From NCBI GenBank assembly GCA_030390025.1, contig JASTWF010000034.1:682001-746000 (forward strand): a stretch of 64,000 bases of DNA. Direction: 5' to 3'. The DNA comes from Squalus acanthias (Eukaryota). Position numbers and translations under genes: made by a program. Positions 39,699 to 52,064 of this stretch are shown here, one piece after another (position 1 is the stretch's first letter; every line of letters begins with the position of its first letter). Under the pieces are notes generated by a model. The model was not told the origin of the DNA. It ran no database searches and saw only the letters and a list, made by a program, of their open reading frames with translations.

Positions 39699-42600
39699 GC
39701 GAGAGACAGAGAGAGAGAGAGAGAGAGAAAGAGTGACACAGGAAAGCGAGAGAAACAGAGAGAGCGATGCATACAGAGACAGAGACAGACATTGACACAG
39801 AGAGAAAGACAGCTCCGGGTGAGAGAGATAGAGAGAGAAAGCAAGCTGCAGACAGAGAAAAATAAAGGAGGAGAGACTGGGGCAGAGAAACAGAGAGACA
39901 TTGACACAGAAAGGCTGAGAGAGACAAGAACAGAGAGACAGGGAGGGAAGGAGGGAGAGAGGGAGGGAGGGAGAGAGGGAGAGAGTAGGAGAGAGGGAGA
40001 GAGAGACAGAGATAAGTTGAATCAGAGGAGGAGCGAATGAGGGAGGCATAGAGAGACAGAAAGAGAGAAATAGAGAGAGAGAGAGAGAAAGGCAGAGCGA
40101 CCGAGAGATAGATGGAGTGAGATACAGAGACAGAGAGAGCTACAGCGATAAAGACGGAATGCGAGAAAGACGGAGAGAGAGAGACAGAGTAAACATACAG
40201 TGGCAGGGAGAGAGATAGATGGGAAGCTGTACAGAGTGAGAGACAGACTGATTGAGAATGGCAGAGAGAGAGAGAGACAGAGACAGAGATAGAAGGGGAC
40301 ATAGAGACTGAAAGAGAGAGACAGGGAGAAACACAGTGAGAGAGGGACAAAGAGAGAGAGAAAGCTAGTGAAAGTGAGACAGAAAGAGATAGAGAGAGAG
40401 ACAGAGGGGGAAAAAGAGGGAGAAACAGAGAGAAAGAGCGGCAGAGAAAGAGTGAGAGACAGGAGACAGACTGAGATACAGAGGCAGAGACAGAGAGACA
40501 GGGAGGGATGGAGAGAGAGTGAGACCAGATATATATAGAGAGATAGAAGAGGAGACAGAGAGAGACAAAGAGAGAGACGGTGAAGAGACTGATATAGAGA
40601 GGCAGAAAGAGAGACCAAGATGGAGACAGAGACAGAGGGAGGCATAGAATGGGAAATTGGAGACAGAGAGAAACAGAGGATGAGAGACAGAGGCAGCGAA
40701 AGAGAGAAGGGGTGAAGAGAAGAGAGAGAGACAAACACACAGAGATCAAATGAAAGAGGGAGACTGAGAGACAGAGAGGGAGAGAGCGAGGGAGACACAG
40801 AAGAGCAGAAAGAGAGGGAGAGAGACAGAGATGAGGAGACAAATTCACATTGAAAGATAGAGAGAGGGAAAGTGAGACAATGAGAGAAAGATAGAGAGCA
40901 ACGCAGTGAGATAGGCAAGAACAGACAAAAAGACTCACAGAGTCAGAGCGGGAGAGACAGAGAGAGAGAGAGAGACAGAGGGGGAGAGAAGAAGAGAGAC
41001 CGAGATGGAACGAGAAAGAGAAAGAGAGACAGGACGAGAGACATAACGAGTGAGAGATAGAAAGACATTGAGAGATACAGGAAGAGGGAAGCAGGACAGA
41101 GAGTGGGTGGATAAAAAAGAGAGAGGGACAGAGAGAGAGAGAGATGAGGGAGCGAGCGAGAGCGGGGGAATAAAAGAGAGACAAGGAGAAACAAACAGAT
41201 TGGGAGAGTCAGAGATTCAGAGCGAGAGACAGGGACAGATGCAGAGAGTTGGACAGAAACAGAGAGAGAGTAACAAATGACAGTAAGAGAGACAGAGTGG
41301 TGGAGAGGCAGAAACAGAGAGAAAGAAGGGGTGACAGATAGAGAGCGAGAGGGGCAGAGAGGGAGACAAAAAAGAGAGAGAAAATAGGAGACAGAAAGGT
41401 AGACAGAGAAAAGAGAGAGCGACAGAGAAAGGGAGAGGCAGGTAGCTGGAGCGAGAGTAGAGGAAATAAACAGTGTCAGAGTGATAGACGAAGTAATAGA
41501 TATATAGAGAGAGATACAGAGTGGGACAGAGAGAGCGAGGGAGACAGGAAGAGAGAGGCAGAGGCAGAGAGAGAGAATGACAGAGAGCAAGAACGAGACA
41601 GAGACCGAGAGAAAGAGACAGATACAGTGATATGGGGAGAGATGGAAGTGGGAGAGAAACAGAGAGAGGCAGACAGGGAGAGACCGAGCGAGATAAAGAG
41701 AGACAGAGAAGGAGATTCCAGGGGGAGGGTCAGAACAGGGGTTCGGGGGAGGAGGTTCGGTGGAGGATGGTCGGAGAAGGGTCGGGTAGGGGGGTCGAGG
41801 GAGGAGGGTCAGGGGAGGAGGGTCGGGAGGGGGATCAGGGGAGGAGGATCGGGGAGGAGGGTCGGGTGGGGGGTCGGAGGATGGGGCTCGTAGTTGGAGG
41901 GTCGGGGGAGGAGGTACGGTGGAGGTGTTTTGGGGGAGTACGGTCGGGATTTGGGCCGGGGAAGGCAGGTCGGTGTAGGAGGGTCAGGGGAGGAGTGTCG
42001 GGAGGGGGTTCGGGGGAGTACGGTTGGGAGGGGGACCGGGAGAGGATTGTCCGGGGAGGGGGGTTAGAGGTGAAGGGTTGAGAAAGGAGGGTCGGGGTAG
42101 GAAGGGTCGGGGGTAGGGGTCGGGTCAGGAGGGGTTTGGGGAGGAGGGTCGGCGTGGGAGGGTCGGCGTAGGAGGGTCGGGTCTGGAGGGTCAGGGGTGT
42201 CGGGAGTGTCGGGTCAGATCAGGTAGGTTGGGGAGGAGGGTCGGGGATGTATGGGTCGGGGAGTGGGTAGGGGGAGGACGGGAGTGTGGGTCGGGGTTGG
42301 AGTGGTCGTGGGGAGGAGGGACGCGGGAGGGGGTCGGAGGATCGGGGGAGCAGTGTCGGGGGAGGGGGTTGGGGGTCGGAGTGGTTGCGGGGAGGGGCGG
42401 AGGAGTTCGGAGGAGGAGGGACGGAGGGGAGGGGAGGGGCAGGGGGTCGGGGGAGGGTGTTCGCGGAATGTGGGTCAGGGGGAGGGGGCTCGTGAGGGGG
42501 GCCGGGAGGGGGTTTGGGGGAGGAGGGTCGGGAGGGTGATTTGGGTCAGGGGGAGGGGGATCGGCGGAGTGAGCGTCGGGAATAGGAGGTCGGGAGGGGG

Positions 42601-45600
42601 GTCGTGAGGGGATTCGGGGGAGGATTGTCGGGAGGCGGGTCGCGTTCGGTTGGTTGGGGAGGAGGGTCGGGGGAGGTGTGTCGGGGAGGGAGGCCAGGGG
42701 AGGAGTGTCGGGACGGAGGTCGGGGGAGGATTGTCGGGAGGGGGGGCGCGGTTGCGGGGTTGGGGGAGGAGGGTCTGGAGGGGGGTCGCGTTCGCGGGGT
42801 TGGGTTGAGGAGTGTCGGGGCAGGGAGGTCGGGGGTGGAGTGTCGGGTGGGGGGTCGGGGGAGGGTGGTCGGGGGAGGAGGGTCGGGGAGGAGAGTCGGG
42901 GAGGGGGTTCGGGGGAGGAGGGTCTGGAGGCGGTTCGAGATCGGGGGATCGGTGGAGGATGGTCGGGAGGCGGGTCACGGTCGGGGGGTTAGTGAAACAG
43001 GGTCGGGGGAGGAGGGTCGGGGAGGCGGGTCGGGAGGCGGGTCCCATTCGTGTGGTCGGGACAGGTGTGTCGGGTGAGGAGGGAAGGGGAGGGGGGAGGG
43101 ATTCGGAGGGTCCGGTAGGGGCTTTGGAGGAGGGTCGGGGTGATGGTTCGTGGGGTGGAGGAACGGGGATGGGGGAGTGGGGAGGGTGAGGGTGGTTTCG
43201 GGGAGGAGCCTTGGGGTGTAGTCGGGGGTGGAGTGGTCGTGGGCAGGAGGGTCGGGGGAGCGGGGAGGGGGGACGGGGTCGGAGGGTCGGGGAGGGGGGA
43301 GAGATTCGGAGGGTTCGGCGAAGGGCTTTGGAGGAGGGTCGAGGCGGATGGTCGTGGGGTGGAGGAACGGGGATGGGTGAAGGGGGAGGGAAAGGGTGGT
43401 CACAGGGAGGAGCCTTGGGGTGGAGGCGGGGGTGGTGTGGTCGTGGGCAGGAGGGTCGGGAGAGCGGGGAGGGGAGAGGGGGAGGAGGGATCGGCGGGTC
43501 GGGGGTTGGGGTGATGGAGGATTGGGGCAGGTGGGACGGGGGAGGACGGTCGGGGGAGGAGAGTCGGAGCAGAGGATCGTCGGAGGTGGGAGGGTTGGGG
43601 GAGGGTATAGGGTCGGGGGAGGAGTTCGGGGGAGGATGTTCGGTGGGAGGAGAATCGTAAGTCGGGGATCGGGGGGTGCAGGGTCAGGGGAGGCGGTTGG
43701 GTGAGGAGGGTCGGGGGCAGGAAGTTAAGGGAAGGGGGTCAGGGGGAGAGTCAATGGAACGGTTCGGGGGAGGATTGTCGGGGTGAATAGGGTGTGGGGA
43801 GGAGGTTTGGATGAGGAGGGTCGGGGGAGGTGTGTTGTGTTCGGGGGTCGGGGGAGGAGGGTCGTTGTCCGGTGTTCTGGGGAGGAGGGTTGGGTTGAGG
43901 AGGGTCGTGGGTGGAGTGTCGGGGGGAGTAGGTTTGAGTGAGGAGGGTCGGGGGGTAGTGTGTTGTGGTCGGGGGTCGGGCGAGGATGGTCCTGGTCGGG
44001 TGCTCTGCGGAGGAGGGTTGGGGAGAGGAGGATCGTGGGTGGAGGTTCGGGGGTATAAGGGTCGGGGGGAAGGAGAGTCTTGGGAGTTGGGTCGGAAGTT
44101 GGAGGGTCGTGGGGGAGGGTCGAGAGTTGGAGGAACTGAGGGAGGACGGTCGGTGGAGGAGAGTCAGGGGAGGGAGGGTCGGGGAGTAGGGTCGGGGGGA
44201 GAGTCGGGGGGTTGAGGGTTCGGGGAGTAGTGTCGGGAGCCGAGGGTCGAGGTGGGAGGTACAGGGGAGGGAGGGTTGGTGGGAGGGGGGTCGGGGTTGG
44301 AGCATCGGGTGTGAGGATTGGAGGGTGGAGGGTCGGGAAGGAGGGTCGGTTGGAGGAGGGTAGGGGAGGAGGGTCAGGGGTGGCCGGTTGGGGTCGGGAG
44401 GGTCGGGGGTTGGCTCGTGGGGGAGGGTCGGGGGTGGAGTGTTGATGGGTGGAGTTTCGAGGGAGGAGGGTCGGGGAAGGAGGGTCGTGGGTGGGAGGGT
44501 GGGGGGCGAGTGTCGGGGGGAGGAGAGCCGGAGGGAGAGTCGGGGAGGCGACGGTCGTGGGAGGGAGGCTGGGACGGCGGGTCGGGTGTATTAGAGTCGG
44601 GGGTGGAGGGTCAGATGGAGGGGGGTTGCGGAAGGGCGGGTCTGGGTTGCAGGGTCGGACGGTGGAGGGTTGCAGGAGGGAGGTTCTGGAGTGGAGGGTC
44701 GTGGCGTGGAGGGTCGATGGAGGGGGAAGGGGAGGATGGGTCATGGGGTGCGGGTTGGGGTAAGTGGGGATCGGGGCAGGTGGAACGGGGGAGGAGGGTC
44801 GGGGGAGGAGAGTTGGCGGAGAGGATCGGTGGTGAGGGTTGGGGCAGGGGGTCGGGGGATAGAGTGTCGGGGAGATGTGGCCGGGTGAGGTGGTCGGGGA
44901 GGAGTGTCGTAGGTAGGAGGGTCATGGTCGGCGGGTCGGGGGAGCATGGTCAGGGGAGAGGGTCGGGTGAGGAGTGTCGGGGACAGTAGGCTTAGGGGAG
45001 GGGGTCGGGTTCGGGTCAGGAGGACAGGTCGAGGGAGGATTGTCGAGGTGTGTAGGGTCGGGGGCAGGAGGTTTGAGTGAGGAGGGTCGGGGGGAGGAGT
45101 GTCGTTGTTTGGGGGCGGGCGGGGAGGGTCGTTGTCGGGTGATCTGGGGAGGAGGGTTGGGGCGAGGAGGATCGGGGGATGTGGGTCGGGGGGTTGATGG
45201 TTGTGGGAGGGGAGTCGGGGGATGTGGGTCGTGGTATAAGGGCAGGCAGGGAGGGTTGGGGGAGGGCAGGTCTTGGGAAGTGGGTCGGGGAAGGAGGGTT
45301 GGCAAGGCGGGTCGGGGGTTGGAGCGTCTGTGGGGGGATGGTCGGGGGAGGGTTGGGGGAAGACTGGTCTTGGGAAGTGGGTCGGGGGAGGAGGGTTGGC
45401 GCAGAGGGTCGCTGGAGGGAGGGTCGGAGGGCGGAGGGTCGTGGTTGAGGGTCGCGGGAGGAGTGTCGGGGGAAGGAGGGAAGGGGGAGGAGAGTCGTGG
45501 GAGGCCGGTCGGGGGACGGAGGGTCGGGGGGTGGGTCGTGGGGGAGGGTCGGGGGTGGAGAGTCGGGGGCAGGTTGGGTCGAGGCGAGGAGGGTCGGGGG

Positions 45601-47050
45601 ACGAGCGTCGGGGGGTGGAGAGTCGGGGGGAGGGTCGCGGGGAGGACGGTCGGGGGAGGGAGGGTGGGGTGAAGAGTCTGGGGGAGTCTCGGGGGAAGGA
45701 GGGTCGTGGGGGAGGGTCGGGTGGCAGGCTCGGGGGGTGGAGGGTTGGGGGGAGGGAGGGTCGTGGGGGAGGGTAGGGGGTTGCAGAGTCGGGGGGAGGG
45801 TCGCGGGGTGGACGGTTGGGGGAGGGAGGGTGGGGTGGAGAGTCGGGGGGAGTCTCGGGGGAAGGAGGGTCGTGGGGGAGGGTCAGTTGGAAGTCTCGGG
45901 GGGTGGAGTGTCAGGTGGAGGGAGGGTCGTGGGGTGGAGAGTCGGGGGGAGGAGGTTCAGGGTAGGGAGGTTCGGGAGAGTCGGCGGAGGAGGGTTCGGG
46001 TGGCCGGGGGGGGGGTTGGGTCGGGGGAGCCGGGGAGGTCTGACGGGGTGAAAGGATCGGGGGAGTCGGAGGAGGAGGTTTCGGATGGAGGTTGGTCGGC
46101 GGAGTGGGGAGTAGGTGCGGGGAAGAGTAACGGGGGAGAAGGATTCAGGAGATTCGGGGAGGAGGTTTCGAGGGGAGGGGGTCCGGGGGGAGAGGTTCGG
46201 GGGTAGGGGGGTCTTTGGAGGGGGGAGGGGCTGGGCGGATGGAGTGCGAGGGAAGAGTGACGGGGATGAAGGGTCCGGAGAGTCGGAGAGGAGGGTTGGG
46301 GAGAGTGGGAGCTGGGGAGGAGAGTCGGGGTTTGGGGGTCAGGTGACGGGGGTGGAGGGTCGGGGGAACGGGCAGACAAATGGAAGGTCAGACAAAGGGA
46401 GGCAGTGAGAGACGCATATTGGGAGTGAACAATAGAGACAGACTGGGAGAGAGAGAAATAGAAATAGTGTTAGAGGGAGGCGGAACTGGAGAGGGAGGGA
46501 CAGACAAGATGGAGGGACACAGATAGTGAGAGAGACAGAGACCGAGACACGAGGAAAAGTGCGAGAGGGGGAGACAGAGACAGACAGATAAACAGAGATT
46601 ATGTGCAGAGAAAAAGACCCACAGAGATAGAGAGGGACAGAGGGAGAGAAAGACAGAGAAAGATAGTCAGAGAGACAGACAGTCAGAAAGAGAGAGAGAG
46701 AGAGACAGCCTTACATACAGCCAGCCAGACAGAGAGAGAGACACAGAGAGCCAGAAAGAGAGTGACAGAGACAGAGAGAGAGACAGAGACGGCGAGAGAG
46801 ACAGAGATGGCGACAGAGACAGACGGCTAGAGATACAGAGACGGCGAGAGAGACAGAGACGGTAAGAGGGAGACAGAGAGAGGGAGAGGGACAGAGAGAA
46901 GGGGACAAACAGAGGGGGACCGAGAGAGGGGATCAGAGAGAATGGGTCAGAGAAAGAGGGACAGAGAGAGAGACAGAGAGAGAGAGAGTGAGGGACAGAA
47001 AGGGGGTGAGACGGTGAGCTGGAGTGGGGGAGAAGGGAAGTGCTGGAGAG
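35521..47050. repeat. GA-rich low-complexity macro-repeat (about 2.2-kb unit, 3 copies; the third is split by a G-rich expansion)
   Basis: Anchors recur: ggcatagagagacagaaa at about 35613, 37867 and 40045; accaagatggagacagagacag at about 36162, 38387 and 40614; gcatattgggagt at about 37244, 39342 and 46414. Confidence 0.85.
41715..46400 (+). repeat. 4.7-kb degenerate G-rich simple repeat (GGGTCGGGGGAGGA-like), dense G-quadruplex potential
   Basis: Hundreds of G3-G6 runs with short spacers on one strand. Confidence 0.9.
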
Positions 47051-47059
47051 GGGGGAGGT

Positions 47060-47825
47060 AACTCTGTATGGAAGCCGTGCTGCACCTGCCTTGGGAGAGT
47101 TTGTTGGGACAGTGTAGAGGGAGATTTACTCTGCATCTAAACCGTGCTGTACCTGCCCTGAGAGTGCTGGATGGGACAGTGTAGAGAGAGCTTTACTTTG
47201 AATCTAACCCGTGCTGTACCTGCCTTGGGAATGTTTGATGCGACAGTGTAGAGGGAGCTATACTCTGTATCTAACCCGTGCTGTACCTGCCCTGCGATTG
47301 TTTGATGAAACAGTGTAGAGGGAGCTTTACTCTGTATCTAACCCATGCTGCACTTGCCCTGGGAGTTTTTGGTAAAAGAGTGTAGTTGGAGCTAAACACT
47401 GTATCTAACCCATGGTGTACCTGTCCTGGGAATGTTTGATGGGACAGTGTAGATAAAGTTTACTCTGTATCTACCCTGTGCTGCACCTGCTCTGGGAGTG
47501 CTTGATGCGACAGTGTAGATGGAGCTTTACACTGTATCTAACCCGTGTTGTACCTGCCCTGGGATTGTTTGATGGGACACTGTAGAGGGAGCTTTACTCT
47601 GTATCTAACCCGGCTGTACCTGCCCTGGAATTGTTTGATGGGACAGTGTAGAGGGAGCTTTACTCTGTATCTTACCCGGCTGTACCTGCCCTGGGAATGT
47701 TTGATGGGACAGTGTTGAGGGAGATTTACCCTGTATCTAACGCGTGCTGTACTTACCCTGGGAGTGTTTGATGGGACAACGTAGAGGGAGATTTACTCTG
47801 TATCTAACCCGTGCTGTACCTGCCG
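47060..47825. repeat. 67-bp tandem minisatellite (GGGAGTGTTTGATGGGACAGTGTAGAGGGAGCTTTACTCTGTATCTAACCCGTGCTGTACCTGCCCT), about 11 copies
   Basis: agtgtagag at 47111 and 47178 (period 67). Confidence 0.93.
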
Positions 47826-48019
47826 GGGGAACAGTTTAAACTTTCATGGTTTATATTCCCCACGCCTCACATTGAGAGCATTAATCTCAGAGACAGTGTT
47901 TGTGTTGGACAGTCCTGCTATTACTAACGTCTTTCTGATCACCCAGAAGGCTCTGCCTCTCGCTGAGTTCAGGTTCCTCAGGTAGTTCCTTCATGGGTCA
48001 GTGCTGAACATTGCTATTC

Positions 48020-48490
48020 AACCAAAGGTGTTTTCACGGCCAGTTCCCATCGTGATCTCCCTCAACAGGTCCCAGCCACTAACTCCATCCCTCTGCTCGG
48101 CCACTGTCTGAGGCTGAACCCGACTGTTCACAAACTCGGGCTCGTATTTGACCCTGAGCATAGCTCCCGACCCCATATCCTCTCCATCACCAAGACCGCT
48201 ACGGTCCTCTCCAGAATATCGCCCGACTTCGCCCCTGCCTGAGCTCATCTTCTGCTGAAACCCTCATCCATGCCTTGGTTACCTCTCCAAACGACTATTC
48301 CAATACCCTCCTGGCAGACCTCCCACGTTGCAGCCTGCGTAAACTTGTGGTCAACCAAACCTCGGCTGCCCGTGACCTAACTCGCACCAAGTCCCGTTCA
48401 ACAAGTCCCGTTCACCCATCACCCCTGTGCTCGCTGACCTACATTTGCTCCAGGTTTGTCAGTGCCTTGATTTTAAAATTCCCATCCTCG
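48020..48490 (+). mobile_element. L2 LINE fragment
   Basis: ETLIHALVTS..DYSNTLLADLP..., ITPVLADLH. Confidence 0.8.
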
Positions 48491-49039
48491 TGTTCAGCCC
48501 CAACTCATTGCCAAGTGCCCAGTAAAGGAATTGTATCCCCAAAATGCCAAACGTTAACTTGTGTTTAGTATTTTACCGTAAGTACTGTTCAACCCAGGAT
48601 AACAGTTTGATTCCTACAATTGGCATCAAGGGGACAATAGGCACAGGGCAGCGGGTAGAATTCGGCCCGGCCTGTCGCACAAAACACCATTAGCTCCAAA
48701 TCCCCCCACCTCCACTCCAATTCACAGACCATCCAGACTTGGACATATATCACCATTCCTACATCGTCACTGGGTCAAAAGCCTGAAATTCCTTCAGTAA
48801 CAGTATTGTGAGAGAACCTTCACCACACGGACTGCAGCGGCTCAAGATGAAGGCCCACCATTTTCTCATGGGTAACTAGGGATGGGCAAGTAATAGCGGC
48901 CTTGACAGCGTTACACATACCCGGAGAATAAATAGATAGAAATAATAAAATAGGAATAACATCAATGATTTTTAATTCACCGATTGAATCCAGGCGAGGC
49001 CTGTGATCAGAGCGGGGCCTCATGCTCCGCTAAGCAAAT

Positions 49040-51372
49040 TACAAAGAATGTACAGAACAGAAACAGGCCATTCAGCCCAACTGCTCCGTGCCCGCCTTTA
49101 TGCTCCACGTGAGCCTCCTATCTCCCCTATTCATCTAACTCGATCAGCGTAACCATCTATTCCTTTCTCCTTCATCTGTTTATCTCACTTCCCCTGAAAT
49201 GCATCTATGCTATTCGCCTCCACTACTCCCTGTGGTAGTGAGTTCTCAACACTCTCTGGGTGCAGAAGTTTCTCCTGAATTCCCGCTTGGATTTATTGGT
49301 GACTATCTTATATTCATGGCCCCAACTTTTGGTCTCATAATTATTTCATGATTTCAGTTTTTTTAAATCTATTTTTAAAATTGTTAACACACCTTGTCTC
49401 ACCATCCCATTGTGTTTGCTTTTCTGCTGTAGCCTTTATCAGAGTACAAGTAACGATTAGAATCTGGCTCAAAAACTGCGGAACGTCGATTCTACATATG
49501 AGACGAGGACTCAATGGCTTCTGTTATCACAGATTCACAGAATCATGCAACACAGAAGGAGGCCATTGTGCCTATGCCGGCTCTTTGAAAGAGCTATTCA
49601 ATTAGTCCCACTCCCCTGTTCTTTTCCCATAGCCTTCCAAATCCCTCACTTTCAGTATTGATCCCGTTCCCTTTTTGAAAGTTATTATTGAATCTGCTTC
49701 TATTACCTTTTCAGGCAGTGCATTCCAGATCACAACAACTCGCTGCGTAAAACTCATTCTCCTTATTTTTCCTCTGATTCTTTTGCCAATTATCTTAAAT
49801 CTGTGCCTTCTGGTCACCACCCCTTCTGTCACTGGAAACAGTTTATCATTATTTACTCTATCCAAACCCTTGAACACCCCCATTAAATGTCCCCTTAACC
49901 TTCTCTGCACGAAGGGGAAAAATCTCAGCTTGTCCAGTCTCTCCATATAACTGAAATATTTCATCTCTGGTACCATTCTAGTAAATCCCCTCTGCGCCTC
50001 CTCCAAGGCCTTGACATCCTTCATCACGTGCGGTGCCCAGAATTGGACACAATACTCCAGCTCAGGCCTAACCGGTCATTTATAAAGGTTTAGAATAACT
50101 TCCTTGCTTTTGTACTCTATGCCTCTATTTATAAAGCCAAAGATCCTGTTTGTGTTTTTAACAATCTTAGCTACTTGTCCTGCCACCTTCAAAGATGTGT
50201 GCACACAAACTCCCAGGTCTCTTTGTACCTGCAGTACATTTAAAATGGTGCCATTTAGTTTATATTGCCTCTCCTCATGTTTCCTCCCAAACTGTATCAC
50301 TTCTCACTTCACTGTGTTAAATTTTATCTGCTATGTGTCTGCCCATTTCACCAGTCTGTCTATGTGCTACTGAAGTCTACTACTCCCCTCACTGTTTACT
50401 ACAATTGTGAGTTCCGTGCCATCTCCAGACTTTGAAATTATGCCTTTAGACTTTAGTCCAGGCCATTCATGTCTATCAAAAAGAGCACTGGCCCTAATAT
50501 CGACACCTGGGGAACACCACTGTACACTCCCCTTCCGTTTGAAAAACACCCGTTCACCACTACTCTCTGTTATCTGTCCCTCAGCCAATGTTGTTTCCAC
50601 GCAGCCACTGCCCCTTTAATCCTATGGGTTTCCGTTTCCCTATCAATCTATTAAGTTGCACTTTATCAAACGCCATTTGAAAGTCCATATACACAACATA
50701 TAACTGTACTACGGTCATCAACCCTCCTCGTTACTTCATGAAAGAACTCAATCAGGTATGTCAGACAGACTTTGTATTTAAAACAATCGTTGCTGATTGT
50801 CACTTATTCATCCACGTTTTTCCAAATGACATATAATTTTGTTCCGGAATATGGCCTCTTGAAGTTTCCCCACCACCGACATTAGGCTGACGGGCCTGTA
50901 GTTACAGGCCTCTAATTCTGCCCTCTTGAGCATCCCTGATTATAATCGCTCAACCTTTGGTGGCCGTGCCTTCTGTTGCCTCGGCCCTTAGCTCTGCAAT
51001 TTCCAGCCTAAACTCATCCACCTCGCGACCTCTCTTTGCTCCTTTAAGACGCTCATTAAAACCTACCTCTTTGACCAAGCTTTTAGTCACCTGCCCTAAT
51101 TTATCCTAATGTGAATCGGTGTCAAAGTTGTGCCTTAAAATACTCCTCTGCAGCGCCTTGAGAAGTTTTACGACGTTAAATGCGCTATATAAATGAAAGT
51201 TGTTGTTGATTTATCCCTCTCTCCTTTTTTAAACAGGCTGTAACATTTGCAACCCTCCAGTCCTCTGGCAACACTCCCACATCCAAGGAGGGTTGAAAGA
51301 TTCTGGCCAGAGCCTGCGCTATTTCCACCATTCCTTCCCTGAGCAACCCTCAGACATCCCATCCGGACCAGG
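49040..51372. mobile_element. CR1 fragments (-) with an L2 3' fragment (+, about 50905-51210)
   Basis: ORFs 49602-50027 and 50076-50300 are CR1 RT C-terminus; L2 tail ending GCGCTATATAAATG at about 51190. Confidence 0.8.
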
Positions 51373-51419
51373 TAAATGTTCTACTTTACTGTGGTACAAA
51401 GAGTGCTGGATTGAAAGGA

Positions 51420-51600
51420 GTTAACTGAAGCTGTTTGTTCAGTGACTGTAATTAATGTCAGTCTCCACGGGTTAACTGAAGTTGTTTGTTTAGTGACTGT
51501 AATTAATGTCAGTCTCCATGGACTCTAATTGTATCAGTACAGGGTTTCCCTCTTCTATTAATAAGGGACTCCTTTCAATGTGATATCCCATAGTGTCAGT
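51420..51600 (+). promoter_or_regulatory. Putative promoter of paralog B: two copies of a 51-bp element (TGTTTGTT, TAATTAAT), TATA-like TATTAATAA at 51556-51564, Inr-like TCAGT near 51596
   Basis: gttaactgaa at 51420 and 51471; TATA-like box 130 nt upstream of the first ATG; conserved in paralog A. Confidence 0.55.
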
Positions 51601-51693
51601 GAGAGCATCACCTCCGGCACTGACAGGTATCAGCGCGCTGCTCCACAGGGAGGGAGTCGGAATCTGAGAACAGTAGATTGGAATGTTACAACA

Positions 51694-51916
51694 ATGGATC
51701 AGAATCTGAGAAAAGTAGATTGGAATGCTACAACAACGGGTCGGAATCTGAGAACAGTGGATAGGAATGTTACAACAATGGGCAGGAGTTTCAGCTCGAA
51801 TATTAACTTTCGTTCAGTATTTTATGATAGACTATCATTAAACTATCGGATAAAGTTGGCACTTCAGATTACTCAAATGATTTACTATCCCCTCATTGCT
51901 GCTGTTGGGGTTCCTG
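51694..51916 (+). CDS. Exon 1 of GPR139/GPR142-like class A GPCR (paralog B)
   Basis: ATG 51694 (ACAATGG); 74 codons +1 nt ending IYYPLIAAVGVP, donor G|GTAAGT at 51916/51917; joins exon 2 in frame to give GVPVNLVTIVIL. Confidence 0.88.
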
Positions 51917-52064
51917 GTAAGTCTCTCTATCCAGCTATTCTGTTAACCATGTTTTACTGTATTACTGTTCTTGTCATTTACTCTCCCCTCCTTGCTGCGG
52001 TTGTTGTTCCAGGTCAATCTTTAGAAACATGTTGTTCTTGTTCTAGTTCTAGTTTCAGGCAATA

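Noticed and set aside
41715..46400. Telomeric repeat or immunoglobulin switch region
   Set aside because: No TTAGGG array, no AGCT-rich switch motifs and no Ig segments nearby
35590..46908. Long Ser/Leu-, Arg/Glu-, Gly- or Pro-rich ORFs (e.g. 716 aa at 39034-41184)
   Set aside because: Translations of low-complexity GA and G-rich DNA
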